From Prevotella sp. (GTDB taxonomy: Bacteria > Bacillota_I > Bacilli_A > ML615J-28 > CAG-313): DNA of 64,000 bases. The position numbers were made by a program, and so were the translations under genes. The stretch is taken from positions 396,982 to 460,981 of the forward strand of contig JAMPDF010000002.1 in the NCBI GenBank assembly GCA_023665755.1, written 5' to 3'. Positions 29,008 to 38,377 of the stretch are shown in pieces (positions within the stretch are counted from its first letter, which is position 1; the number at the start of each line of letters is the position of its first letter). Below the pieces are notes generated by a model that ran no database searches, was not told the origin of the DNA, and saw only the letters and a list, made by a program, of their open reading frames with translations.

Positions 29008-31521
29008 ATGTTTGGGAAACTATTTGATCCAGCAAATAAAGAACTGAAAAAATGTGAAAAGATTGCAAATGCGGTAGTGGCATTGGCAGATGAATATAAA
29101 GCCTTGAGTGATGAAGAATTAAAAGGAAAAACACAACAGTTTAAGGATAGACTTGCCAAAGGGGCGACATTAGATGACATCATGGTTGAGGCTTTTGCTA
29201 CAGCAAGAGAGGCATCTACGCGTGTGACAGGTCTTACTCCATTTAAGGTGCAAATTATCGGTGCTGCTGCTCTTCATTTTGGTAATATTGCGGAAATGAA
29301 AACAGGTGAAGGTAAAACATTGACATCTGTGCTCGTGGCTTATTTGAATGCATTGTCTGGTGAGGGAGTGCATATCATTACAGTAAATGAATATTTGGCG
29401 AGCCGTGATGCAGTTGAAATGGGGGCTATTCATAACTTTTTAGGAATCACAGTTGGATTGAATTTACGAGAATTAGACCCAGAACAAAAACGAGCTGCAT
29501 ATAATTGTGATATCACTTATTCTACTAATAGTGAAATTGGTTTTGACTATCTAAGAGATCATATGGTACTATATAAAGAACAAATGGTACAGCGTCCAGT
29601 GATGAACTTTGCAATTGTCGATGAAGTTGACTCTATTTTAATTGATGAAGCTCGTACACCATTGATTATTTCAGGCGGCGAAAAAAAAGGTCCTAATTTA
29701 TATCTTCAAGCCAATAGTTTTGTTCGTACTTTACGTACAGAAGATTATGAAATTGATGTAAAAGATCGTCATGTTACCTTATTAGAATCTGGTATGGCTA
29801 AGGCTGAAAAATATTTTAATGTTGAAAATTTATATGATGTCAAACATGTAGGGTTGGTTCATCACATCAATAATGCGCTTCGTGCCAATTATATTATGGA
29901 AAAGGATAAAGACTATGTAGTTCACGAAGGAGCAATTGTCATTGTAGATCCGTTTACAGGTCGTTTGATGGTAGGCAGACAGTGGAGTGAAGGTTTGCAT
30001 CAAGCGATTGAAGCAAAAGAAAATGTCCAAATCAAAAAAGAAACAAGAACATTAGCGACCATTACTTATCAAAATTATTTTAGAATGTATAAAAAATTAG
30101 CTGGAATGACAGGTACTGCGAAAACCGAAGAAGAAGAATTTAGAAATATTTACAATATGCTTGTAGTAGAAATACCTACTAATTTACCAGTGATTCGAAT
30201 TGATGACCCTGATTTGATTTTTCGTTCCATGAAAGCCAAATATCAAGCTATTGCCAAAGATATTAAAGCACGATATGAAAAAGGGCAACCCGTTTTAGTG
30301 GGAACAATATCTATTGAATCAAGTGAATTGTTATCTAGTCTATTGAAAAAAAATGGTATTCCACATAATGTATTGAATGCTAAGCAACATGCTAGAGAAG
30401 CAGATATTATTGCTCAAGCAGGAGAAAAACATGCTGTAACGATTGCTACAAATATGGCTGGACGTGGTACAGATATCAAATTGGGTGAAGGTGTAAGAGA
30501 ACTTGGTGGTCTTGCAGTAATAGGAACAGAACGACATGAGGCACGTCGTATCGATAATCAACTTCGTGGTAGAAGTGGTCGTCAAGGAGATCCTGGATAT
30601 AGTAGATTCTATTTGTCAGCACAAGACGAACTAATGGTTCGATTTGGCGGCGATCGTTTTGAACGACTATTATCTATGATTGCTAGTCCAGATGAAGAAG
30701 GAAATGAAACGCCATTAGAATCAAAAATGTTTTCTAAAGCCGTAGAAAGTGCACAAAAAAAGGTGGAAGGATCTAACTATGATCGTCGTAAGAGCGTTGT
30801 AGAATATGATGAAGTTTTAAGAAAACAACGTGAAATTATTTATGGACAAAGAAAAGATATTTTATTCTTAGATGATATGGAGCCTACAATATCGAAAATG
30901 ATTCATTCTGTTGTAATGAAATATGTTGGATCTTATATCAATTATGACAAGAAGAATGAAGAAGTAGATGCTATTCGTTTTATGAATGATTTTGTTGCTC
31001 GCTTTTTTAATCGTGGTGATATTGAAATTGAAGAAATTGAGGGAATGAAAAAACTTGAATTAGAGGAGTTTGTTGAGGCAAAATTCAAAGAAAATTTGCA
31101 GAATAAGAAAGAAATTGTTCCTACAGAAGTTTATCAAGAATTTTTAAAAGTAGTATTATTACGTGTTGTAGATAAACATTGGATGGATCATATTGATCAA
31201 ATGAGTAATTTGCGTCAAAGTATTGGCTTACAATCTTATGCTCAAATCAATCCACTACGTGAATATCAACAAATAGGTTATGATACTTTTAATGAAATGA
31301 TTCAAACTATCAATGATGAGGTTACTTTGACGATTAATCGTGCTGTAGTAAGAGAAAATTTACAACGCGAAGAACAGGCTAAAGTGACAGGAACAAATGC
31401 GGGTAATGATGAGACTAGCAAACGAAAACCAGTTGTCAATCAAACCAAAGAACCAGGTCGAAATGATCCGTGTCCATGTGGTAGTGGTTTGAAATATAAA
31501 AATTGTTGTGGAAGAAAATAA
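29008..31521 (+). CDS. secA: Preprotein translocase ATPase SecA
   Basis: It has a DEAD-like motor (Walker A MKTGEGKT), SecA scaffold domains and the C-terminal zinc-binding CPCGSGLKYKNCCG. Confidence 0.95.
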   Translation: MFGKLFDPANKELKKCEKIANAVVALADEYKALSDEELKGKTQQFKDRLAKGATLDDIMVEAFATAREASTRVTGLTPFKVQIIGAAALHFGNIAEMKTGEGKTLTSVLVAYLNALSGEGVHIITVNEYLASRDAVEMGAIHNFLGITVGLNLRELDPEQKRAAYNCDITYSTNSEIGFDYLRDHMVLYKEQMVQRPVMNFAIVDEVDSILIDEARTPLIISGGEKKGPNLYLQANSFVRTLRTEDYEIDVKDRHVTLLESGMAKAEKYFNVENLYDVKHVGLVHHINNALRANYIMEKDKDYVVHEGAIVIVDPFTGRLMVGRQWSEGLHQAIEAKENVQIKKETRTLATITYQNYFRMYKKLAGMTGTAKTEEEEFRNIYNMLVVEIPTNLPVIRIDDPDLIFRSMKAKYQAIAKDIKARYEKGQPVLVGTISIESSELLSSLLKKNGIPHNVLNAKQHAREADIIAQAGEKHAVTIATNMAGRGTDIKLGEGVRELGGLAVIGTERHEARRIDNQLRGRSGRQGDPGYSRFYLSAQDELMVRFGGDRFERLLSMIASPDEEGNETPLESKMFSKAVESAQKKVEGSNYDRRKSVVEYDEVLRKQREIIYGQRKDILFLDDMEPTISKMIHSVVMKYVGSYINYDKKNEEVDAIRFMNDFVARFFNRGDIEIEEIEGMKKLELEEFVEAKFKENLQNKKEIVPTEVYQEFLKVVLLRVVDKHWMDHIDQMSNLRQSIGLQSYAQINPLREYQQIGYDTFNEMIQTINDEVTLTINRAVVRENLQREEQAKVTGTNAGNDETSKRKPVVNQTKEPGRNDPCPCGSGLKYKNCCGRK

Positions 31522-31580
31522 GCAGTAGGAAACAAGCAAGTTTACATTTAAGCTTGCTTTTTCTTCCTAATGGAGGATGT

Positions 31581-32675
31581 ATGGAAAAGTATGAAATTGT
31601 AAAATGGATAGAGAATTTCAAAGTACGTTTAAAGGATGTTGATGAAGTTCTTAAAATAGAGGACATGAAGCAACAAATCTTAGAAAATGAAAAGATGATG
31701 TCAACAGAAGATTTTTGGCAAGATGTTACAAGGGCCACACAATTTTCTCAAAAAAATAATGATTTAAAAGAAACCGTTTCAGAATATGAGAAATTGATGA
31801 AACAATTTGAAGACATTGAAATCATTCCCGATTTTGGAGATGAAGCCTTATTTGTAGAAGCGGAAGAAATGATTCATACATTGGATTTGGCTCTATCTGA
31901 AACAGAAGACAAATTGTTATTAGATGAAGAGTATGATAAAATGAATGCTATTTTAGAACTTCATCCTGGTGCTGGTGGAACGGAGTCACAAGATTGGGCC
32001 TTGATGTTATTTCGAATGTACAAAAGATATAGTGAGCGTCATCATTTTGAATTTGAATTGTTGGATTATCAAGAAGCAAATGATGCGGGGATCAAGAGTG
32101 TCACTTTTATGGTTAAAGGGCGATTTGCATATGGCATATTAAAAGGAGAAAAAGGTGTGCATAGATTAGTTCGCATTTCTCCATTTGATAGCAATGCGAG
32201 AAGACATACCTCATTTGCGGCATGTAATGTAACACCTGAAATTAGTGATGATATTGACATCACGATTCGACCTGAAGAAATAAAAATAGATACCTATCGT
32301 TCAAGTGGTGCAGGTGGTCAACATGTAAATACCACAGATTCTGCTGTACGTATTACACATTTACCTACAGGAATTGTGGTATCATGCCAAAATGAAAGAA
32401 GTCAAATTCAAAATCGAGAGCGTGCTTTGAAGGTATTGAAATCCAAATTATATCAAAGAATGCTAGAAGAACAAGAACAATTAAAGAAGAATATTGGTTC
32501 ACCTATCACAGAGAATGCTTTTGGTAGTCAAATTAGAAGTTATGTATTACATCCTTATGCTATGGTAAAAGACCACAGAACCAATCTAGAAAGTGCAACA
32601 CCGAACCATGTTTTAGATGGTGATTTAGATATGTTTTTGACTGGTTATTTAAAATGGTACAAGACCACCAAATAG
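31581..32675 (+). CDS. prfB: Peptide chain release factor 2, encoded in a single frame with no programmed +1 frameshift site
   Basis: The start ATG at 31581 follows RBS GGAGGA. SPF and GGQ motifs are present. The 5' region is continuous in frame, so the ORF track's upstream extension to 31503 is spurious. Confidence 0.9.
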   Translation: MEKYEIVKWIENFKVRLKDVDEVLKIEDMKQQILENEKMMSTEDFWQDVTRATQFSQKNNDLKETVSEYEKLMKQFEDIEIIPDFGDEALFVEAEEMIHTLDLALSETEDKLLLDEEYDKMNAILELHPGAGGTESQDWALMLFRMYKRYSERHHFEFELLDYQEANDAGIKSVTFMVKGRFAYGILKGEKGVHRLVRISPFDSNARRHTSFAACNVTPEISDDIDITIRPEEIKIDTYRSSGAGGQHVNTTDSAVRITHLPTGIVVSCQNERSQIQNRERALKVLKSKLYQRMLEEQEQLKKNIGSPITENAFGSQIRSYVLHPYAMVKDHRTNLESATPNHVLDGDLDMFLTGYLKWYKTTK

Positions 32676-32684
32676 AGGTGTATA

Positions 32685-33680
32685 ATGAAGATAGAATTAC
32701 GAAAAAATAAAAAAATTAGAGATTTTTTAACAATCAATTTGGGGATTTTTTTGCTATCTAGTGCCTTTGGTATTTTTGTTGACCCCAATGAAATTGTTGT
32801 TGGCGGGGTAGGAGGAATTGCAACTTTACTCAAATCTCTTTTGAAAGGTACCGCAATATTTGGAATAGAGATTACATCATCTATGATTATCTTTGTTATT
32901 AATATGATATTGTTGATTTTTGCCTTTCTGTTTGTTGGCAAGAGCTTCTTTTTAAAAACTGTATATGCATCGATTGTTTATCCATTGTTTATCTCGCTTT
33001 GGGAAATTATTTTTAAATTGATGGGAGGCCCTATTGTTAATCTTCCCGCCATTGAACAAAATTTAATAGAAATGGGGCTATCAGCAGATACAACACATGT
33101 AATTATGGCAGGAGCTTATTTAGTGATGCTTCTATTTGGTGCAGTATTATCGGGAGTTGGGTTAGGTTTAACTATGAAAAAAGGCGCTTCAACTGGAGGA
33201 GTAGATATTATTCAACAAATTCTTTTGGATAAATTCAAAATTCCGTTTTCCGCAAGCCTTTTTATTGTTGATGGCACAGTTGTAACACTAGCTACTATTT
33301 ATTATCAAAATATTTTTATCATTTTATATGGCTTTTTATATATTTATTTATCAGGAGTCGTGTTAGATGCAGTGGCATTTAGTGGATTTCATTCACGAGC
33401 CGTTTACATTATTACCAAAGAGCCTAAATCTATCAAGAATGCTGTTTATCGAAAATTAGGTAGAGGGGTAACGGAAATTTATTCTAGAGGTGGATATGAG
33501 ATGAAAGATAGCACAATGTTGGTTTGTGTGATGTCTAATTCTGAGTACTACCGAATCAAATCAATGATTTTAGAAATTGATCCAAGAGCATTCATCTATG
33601 TGGAACGAGCTAGTGAAGTACATGGTGAAGGATTTTCTTATGATAGTCCAGAAGGATGTGAGGAAACTTATGAAATCTAA
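32685..33680 (+). CDS. YitT-family membrane protein (DUF161 + C-terminal DUF2179)
   Basis: The polytopic N-terminal part is followed by a soluble C-terminal domain, the typical YitT architecture. Confidence 0.65.
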   Translation: MKIELRKNKKIRDFLTINLGIFLLSSAFGIFVDPNEIVVGGVGGIATLLKSLLKGTAIFGIEITSSMIIFVINMILLIFAFLFVGKSFFLKTVYASIVYPLFISLWEIIFKLMGGPIVNLPAIEQNLIEMGLSADTTHVIMAGAYLVMLLFGAVLSGVGLGLTMKKGASTGGVDIIQQILLDKFKIPFSASLFIVDGTVVTLATIYYQNIFIILYGFLYIYLSGVVLDAVAFSGFHSRAVYIITKEPKSIKNAVYRKLGRGVTEIYSRGGYEMKDSTMLVCVMSNSEYYRIKSMILEIDPRAFIYVERASEVHGEGFSYDSPEGCEETYEI

Positions 33681-34428
33681 TGAGACTTATGTAGTAGAAT
33701 CTGTTCAAAAGAAAGGAAAAAAATATCTTGTTCAATTTGAAAATAACGATGATCCTCTAACATTAACAGAAGATCAAATTGTCGAATTTCGAGTAATAAA
33801 AGGAAGCATTTTTTCTGATAGAGATTTTGAAAAAATCAAGGCTTCTATAGAATTATCCACATACTACGCCAAATCCATTCACTATATTGATTTTAAACCA
33901 AGAACAAAAAAAGAAGTCATAGAGTATCTTCAAACATATGGATTAAATGAAGAGGCTATAACAAAACTCATTCAAAAATTAGAACAAATTGGATATATTG
34001 ATGATGAACGTTATGTTAGCCGTTTTGTAGAAGAGTGTATTCGTAAAGGAAAAGGTCGATATTATATTATTCAAACGTTAAATCAAAAAGGGATTACTAA
34101 GGAATCTGTATTTCCGTTTTTAGAAGAATACGATAAAGATGTCGAAATAGAAAATGCGATGGCTCTAGCAGGTAAAATACTTTTAAAAATAATGGATTAT
34201 CCAGTCAAAAAACAAAAATTGCAAATTCAACAAAAACTACTTAGTGCAGGATTTCATTCAGAAATCACGAGTTATGTCATTAACCATCTTTCTTTTGAAA
34301 ATCATTCTCAGGAACGGCTAGAAAAAGAAGTTGCCAAGTTAAAAGAGAAAAATCTAGAAAAAGAAAAAATCATTGTTAAATTACTTGCTAAAGGATATGA
34401 ATATGCGGATATAAAAAAAGTATTATAA
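33670..34428 (+). CDS. recX: RecA regulator RecX-like protein
   Basis: The start ATG at 33670 overlaps the end of the yitT-like gene. A helical repeat C-terminal region is RecX-like (RYVSRFVEECIRKGKG...). Confidence 0.6.
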   Translation: MKSNETYVVESVQKKGKKYLVQFENNDDPLTLTEDQIVEFRVIKGSIFSDRDFEKIKASIELSTYYAKSIHYIDFKPRTKKEVIEYLQTYGLNEEAITKLIQKLEQIGYIDDERYVSRFVEECIRKGKGRYYIIQTLNQKGITKESVFPFLEEYDKDVEIENAMALAGKILLKIMDYPVKKQKLQIQQKLLSAGFHSEITSYVINHLSFENHSQERLEKEVAKLKEKNLEKEKIIVKLLAKGYEYADIKKVL

Positions 34429-34639
34429 TAAGTCTAAATTTGTGTATTTACACATATAATTTATTGGTGATAACATTGAAAAGAAAAAGGGTAAATGAAG
34501 GATTAAGAAGTCTTTCTAAGAATTTTGTCGAGGAAAAAGAATTAGAAGAAAATATCAAGACACAAATCACAAAAGAAATTAACAATCATCGTAAAAAATA
34601 ATGCATTTTTTGTGCAAAAGATAATCAATCGTAGTAGAA

Positions 34640-34765
34640 TGTGGGTAATCTTCAGGGCAGGGTGAAATTCCCGACCGGTGGTATAGTCCACGAGCTAGCA
34701 ATAGCATGATTTGGTGTAATTCCAAAACCGATAGTAAAGTCTAGATGAAAGAAGACATAATGCCA
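34640..34765 (+). ncRNA. FMN riboswitch (RFN element) aptamer
   Basis: The sequence reads CTTCAGGGCAGGGTGAAATTCCCGACCGGTGGTATAGTCCACGAGC ... CCGATAGTAAAGTCTAGATGAAAGAAGAC. This matches the conserved RFN core (GGGCAGGGUGAAAUUCCCGACCGGCGGUAGUAAAGC...CCGACAGUGAAAGUCUGGAUG) with P1 TCTTC/GAAGA. Confidence 0.85.
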
Positions 34766-34785
34766 ATATTATGCCTAAAAAATAC

Positions 34786-34815
34786 TGCCTAACTGAAGAT
34801 AGGCAGTTTTTATTT
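34786..34815 (+). terminator. Riboswitch expression-platform intrinsic terminator
   Basis: CTGCCT-aactgaagat-AGGCAG is followed by TTTTTATTT, immediately upstream of the ribU RBS. Confidence 0.75.
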
Positions 34816-34825
34816 GGAGAAGGAT

Positions 34826-35476
34826 ATGAAAAAGAACAAAAAAGTGTTGGATTATATGACAAAAGTGGCTATCTTTTCTGCGATATCCATTGTCTTGTAT
34901 TTTATTAAGTTTCCCCTACCTTTCTTATTTCCGGATTTTTTAGATATTCAATTTTCTAATCTTCCAGCAATATTAGGTGGGCTAGTCATGGGACCTATTG
35001 GTGGTGTGTTGATTGTAGTCATTCGAACTTTAATCAAATTACCATTTACATCTACAGCAGGTGTAGGTGAATTGGCCGATTTATTGATAGGTGTCTCCAC
35101 CGTTTTAGCCACTTCACTTGTTTATCGTAAACTCAAAACCAAAAAGGGTGGTGCGATTGCACTAGCTTTGGGTGTTGTAGTATGGGTGGCAATGGCATTA
35201 CTTGCCAATGGTACATTCTTGATTGAATTTTACAAAGAGGTGGCTGGACTAGATGCTGTAATTGGGATGTGCAAAAAAGTATTACCATCAATGAATGAAT
35301 CGAATTTTATGCGTCTTTATTTATTAGGAGCCATCTTGCCTTTTAATTTACTGCTTTCTACACTGGTTTCGCTAGTTACTTTCTTTGTGTATAAGCGTGT
35401 CTCTGTTTTATTCAAAAAGGAATTATTTCAAGGAAAAGATACATCCAATGAAACCGATGAGAATATTAACAATTAG
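34826..35476 (+). CDS. ribU: ECF-transporter S component for riboflavin (RibU-like)
   Basis: The start ATG at 34826 follows RBS GGAGAAGG. It is a small protein with 5-6 TM helices placed directly downstream of the FMN riboswitch. Confidence 0.7.
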   Translation: MKKNKKVLDYMTKVAIFSAISIVLYFIKFPLPFLFPDFLDIQFSNLPAILGGLVMGPIGGVLIVVIRTLIKLPFTSTAGVGELADLLIGVSTVLATSLVYRKLKTKKGGAIALALGVVVWVAMALLANGTFLIEFYKEVAGLDAVIGMCKKVLPSMNESNFMRLYLLGAILPFNLLLSTLVSLVTFFVYKRVSVLFKKELFQGKDTSNETDENINN

Positions 35477-36548
35477 TGATTCATTTAAAGGAACCTTGCG
35501 TTCTGCAGAGATTGGACAAATTGTAAGTGACTATTGCAAGGAAAAAGGTTATGCTGCAACGTATATTCCCATTTCAGATGGTGGAGAAGGTTTTTTAGAG
35601 ACCGTACATTATATCACAAAGTTACCATTTCATCAAACAGAGGTTAATGACCCCTTATTTCAAAAGACGACCGCGAAATATCTTTTTGATGATGCAAAAC
35701 AAATTGCCTATTTAGAACTAGCCGAAGCTTGTGGCATTACCAAGATAAAGACATTATCGCCTATCCAAGCATCGACATATGGATTAGGTGAATTGATGAT
35801 GTATGTCATCAACAAACATGCACCTAAGAAGATGATTTTAGGAATTGGTGGCAGTGCTACTTCTGATATGGGGGCAGGTATGCTAGAAGCCTGTGGGGTG
35901 AATTTTTTAGATGCGCATCATTTTCGACTTTCTAAAATGAATCATGCTAAATTGATGCAAATTCGAAAAATTGAGACAAAAGGCTTCCTCAAAAAAATAA
36001 AGCACATTGAATTTGTTACATTAACAGATGTAGCCAATTGTGCCTTTGGACAAACAGGTTGCATCAAAACCTTTGCTCCCCAAAAAGGAGCCAAGGAGGA
36101 AGACTTATTTTTAATGGAAAAAAATGTACTCCATTTTCATCATGTAACTCAAGATACCTTTGGGACAACCATTCAAGATTTTCCTGGAGCAGGTGCTGCA
36201 GGAGGAGTGGGATATACGATGAAACATTATTTTGGAAGTAGGATTCAGTCAGGAATAGAAGTTCTATTAGATCTGGTAGATTTTTCTCACCTTGTACAAG
36301 AAAATGATATTGTTATTACAGGAGAAGGAGCATTTGATGAACAAAGCTTAAATGGTAAAGTCATCAGTGGAATTTGGAAACACCATCCAAAACGTCTTAT
36401 TGTACTTTGTGGTAAAAGTGAATTTTCCAATCCGCCATTTGAAGTATATCCGATTGTGCCTAAGGTTGCCTCTTTTGAAGAAGCGATAGCGCATCCTCAA
36501 GCATCGCTGAAGCAGCTTTTAGATATGATACCATTTGATCAAAAATAG
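35448..36548 (+). CDS. glxK: Glycerate kinase (GlxK/GarK family)
   Basis: It starts MKPMRILTISDSFKGTL and has glycine-rich GGSATSDMGAG and C-terminal TGEGAFDEQS motifs. The start is set at the conserved N-terminus. The ORF track extends upstream into ribU. Confidence 0.8.
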   Translation: MKPMRILTISDSFKGTLRSAEIGQIVSDYCKEKGYAATYIPISDGGEGFLETVHYITKLPFHQTEVNDPLFQKTTAKYLFDDAKQIAYLELAEACGITKIKTLSPIQASTYGLGELMMYVINKHAPKKMILGIGGSATSDMGAGMLEACGVNFLDAHHFRLSKMNHAKLMQIRKIETKGFLKKIKHIEFVTLTDVANCAFGQTGCIKTFAPQKGAKEEDLFLMEKNVLHFHHVTQDTFGTTIQDFPGAGAAGGVGYTMKHYFGSRIQSGIEVLLDLVDFSHLVQENDIVITGEGAFDEQSLNGKVISGIWKHHPKRLIVLCGKSEFSNPPFEVYPIVPKVASFEEAIAHPQASLKQLLDMIPFDQK

Positions 36549-36580
36549 CTATTTCAAAGGAAATAGCTATTTTTCTTTTT
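36541..36580. terminator. Bidirectional terminator between glxK (+) and the Cof hydrolase gene (-)
   Basis: AAAAA-TAGCTATTT-caaagg-AAATAGCTA-TTTTTCTTTTT. Confidence 0.7.
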
Positions 36581-37385
36581 CAAAAAAAGATTTTAAAAAG
36601 TGGAGAACACCTTGTTGGTCAAACCGGCTAGTAATGGTAGTTGCAAAGGGAATTAAATCTGGATGAGCGTTTCCCATTGCAACGCCAATAGAAGCAGCTT
36701 GTAATAATCCAATATCATTGTGGCCATCACCAATGGCAATGGTTCTTTCTTTGGGAATATGATAATATTGACAAGCATCTTCAAATCCAACGCTTTTATC
36801 AACAAGAGGATTGTAGATTTCAACAATATAATGTTGATCTACTTGCCAAAAACGCGACAATAATTTATCTGTATAATGCCGTTCAATAAACAGTTGAAAC
36901 GAGGCAATAGCCTCTTTTTTTAGAAAAAAGAGTGCACCATTAGGATTGCCAGGCAAAATATCTTTGAGTTCACCAGCATATAATGATCCAAATGCATCAT
37001 TGATATGTAAAAAAGAATGGATAGTAGGATTATAGTCTTGAACGTAGATATCATCACCTATTTCACAAAACACATTGATTAAATGCGGTCTAATATATTC
37101 AATAATATCTAATAAATCTGTTCTATCAATACGTAAATCCGTTTGTGGATAAAACGGATCCTTAGGATTGGTAATTTTGGCTCCATTATAATTGATTAAA
37201 GGAGTATCTAAACCTAGTGCCTCATATACAAAATAACTAGAACGAAGTGGCCTACCAGTAGCTAGCATAATGATGTGCCCATTTGCTTTGAGCTGTCTTA
37301 AATAGTTGATGGTTTCTATATCATAGTGTTCAAAATCTAACATTAAAGTACCATCTAAATCAAGCACAATTAAATATGGTTTCAT
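36567..37385 (-). CDS. Cof-type HAD-IIB sugar-phosphate phosphatase
   Basis: It starts MKPYLIVLDLDGTLM (DxDGT), and ATGRP and GDGHNDIGLL motifs are present. RBS GGGTGA lies upstream of the ATG at 37385. Confidence 0.75.
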   Translation of the reverse strand: MKPYLIVLDLDGTLMLDFEHYDIETINYLRQLKANGHIIMLATGRPLRSSYFVYEALGLDTPLINYNGAKITNPKDPFYPQTDLRIDRTDLLDIIEYIRPHLINVFCEIGDDIYVQDYNPTIHSFLHINDAFGSLYAGELKDILPGNPNGALFFLKKEAIASFQLFIERHYTDKLLSRFWQVDQHYIVEIYNPLVDKSVGFEDACQYYHIPKERTIAIGDGHNDIGLLQAASIGVAMGNAHPDLIPFATTITSRFDQQGVLHFLKSFFEKEK

Positions 37386-37528
37386 TTTTATCACCCTAAG
37401 CATTATATCAAAAAAAGCGGTTTTTGTCTAATAAAAAAGAAAATTCCTTTTTTATAAGGAAGCAAAGAAAAAATAATACCCTACTTGATTTTTTTATTCA
37501 AATATGTTAAAATAAACAAACGAGGTAT

Positions 37529-38377
37529 ATGGAAAAGAAAAGGAGTGGTAAAGTGAAACAAATCATATTTTCTTTATCATGGATTGAAAAGGTAGATGGA
37601 TTTTTCACAGATTTATTTTCTAATTTGAAAGATATGATGACTTGGTCCACTTTTTTTATACTGCTTGCTGGAGTAATGATTGGATTTGTTATTTGTTCAA
37701 CTATCTATGGCATATTATTATTAGCCTCTATTGAACAAAAGGAAAAACAAATTACAACGCAAGAAAATAGAGCAACTGATGAAGCATTTTGTAAAATGAT
37801 AGATGACATAAAGCATCGTTATATTGAAGAAACAGAAGGCCTCGCAATGAAGGATCGTTTTGATGCTCTTGGTACAAAATTGTTTGAGGTAGTCAATAAA
37901 ACTGCGACAATCTATTATCCAGATTCTCAATATCCATTATATGAACTTACCATTGAAGAATTGATTTTATTTATACATTATTTATCTAATCGAATAGATG
38001 ATGTGTTTGATAGACCGATCTTGCGTCCTTTTAAGCAAATGAGTGTGAGTCAAATCATGAAATGGTTAGATACAAAGAAAAAGATAGAAGAAAATAAAGC
38101 AGTCAAATTAGCTAAACAAGCCAAAATGGGCAAGGTTGCTTCGACAACAATGACTTTATTAAAGGCACTGAATCCCATTACTTGGCTAAAAAAAATGGTC
38201 GTCGGATCAACTATTCAATTTGCTACAAGAAAAATATCACTTCTGATTATTGATATTGTTGCAGATGAAACCAACAAGACATATAGCAAAAGCATTTTCG
38301 ATAAAGAAAAAACACTTCGAAAAATTGAAATCGAAAAAACTCTAATGGAGTTAGAAAGGGAGGAAGCAGATGCCTAA
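37529..38377 (+). CDS. Single-pass membrane protein of unknown function, translationally coupled to ftsK
   Basis: It has one TM (FFILLAGVMIGFVICSTIYGILLLA) followed by a roughly 215-aa charged helical cytoplasmic domain. Its stop overlaps the ftsK start by 8 nt. Confidence 0.45.
   Translation: MEKKRSGKVKQIIFSLSWIEKVDGFFTDLFSNLKDMMTWSTFFILLAGVMIGFVICSTIYGILLLASIEQKEKQITTQENRATDEAFCKMIDDIKHRYIEETEGLAMKDRFDALGTKLFEVVNKTATIYYPDSQYPLYELTIEELILFIHYLSNRIDDVFDRPILRPFKQMSVSQIMKWLDTKKKIEENKAVKLAKQAKMGKVASTTMTLLKALNPITWLKKMVVGSTIQFATRKISLLIIDIVADETNKTYSKSIFDKEKTLRKIEIEKTLMELEREEADA

Noticed and set aside
31503-31580. ORF-track extension of prfB upstream to 31503, overlapping secA
   Set aside because: The conserved RF2 N-terminus starts at MEKYE (31581) with a GGAGGA RBS. 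The upstream Met lies inside the secA coding tail. It is not a frameshift leader.
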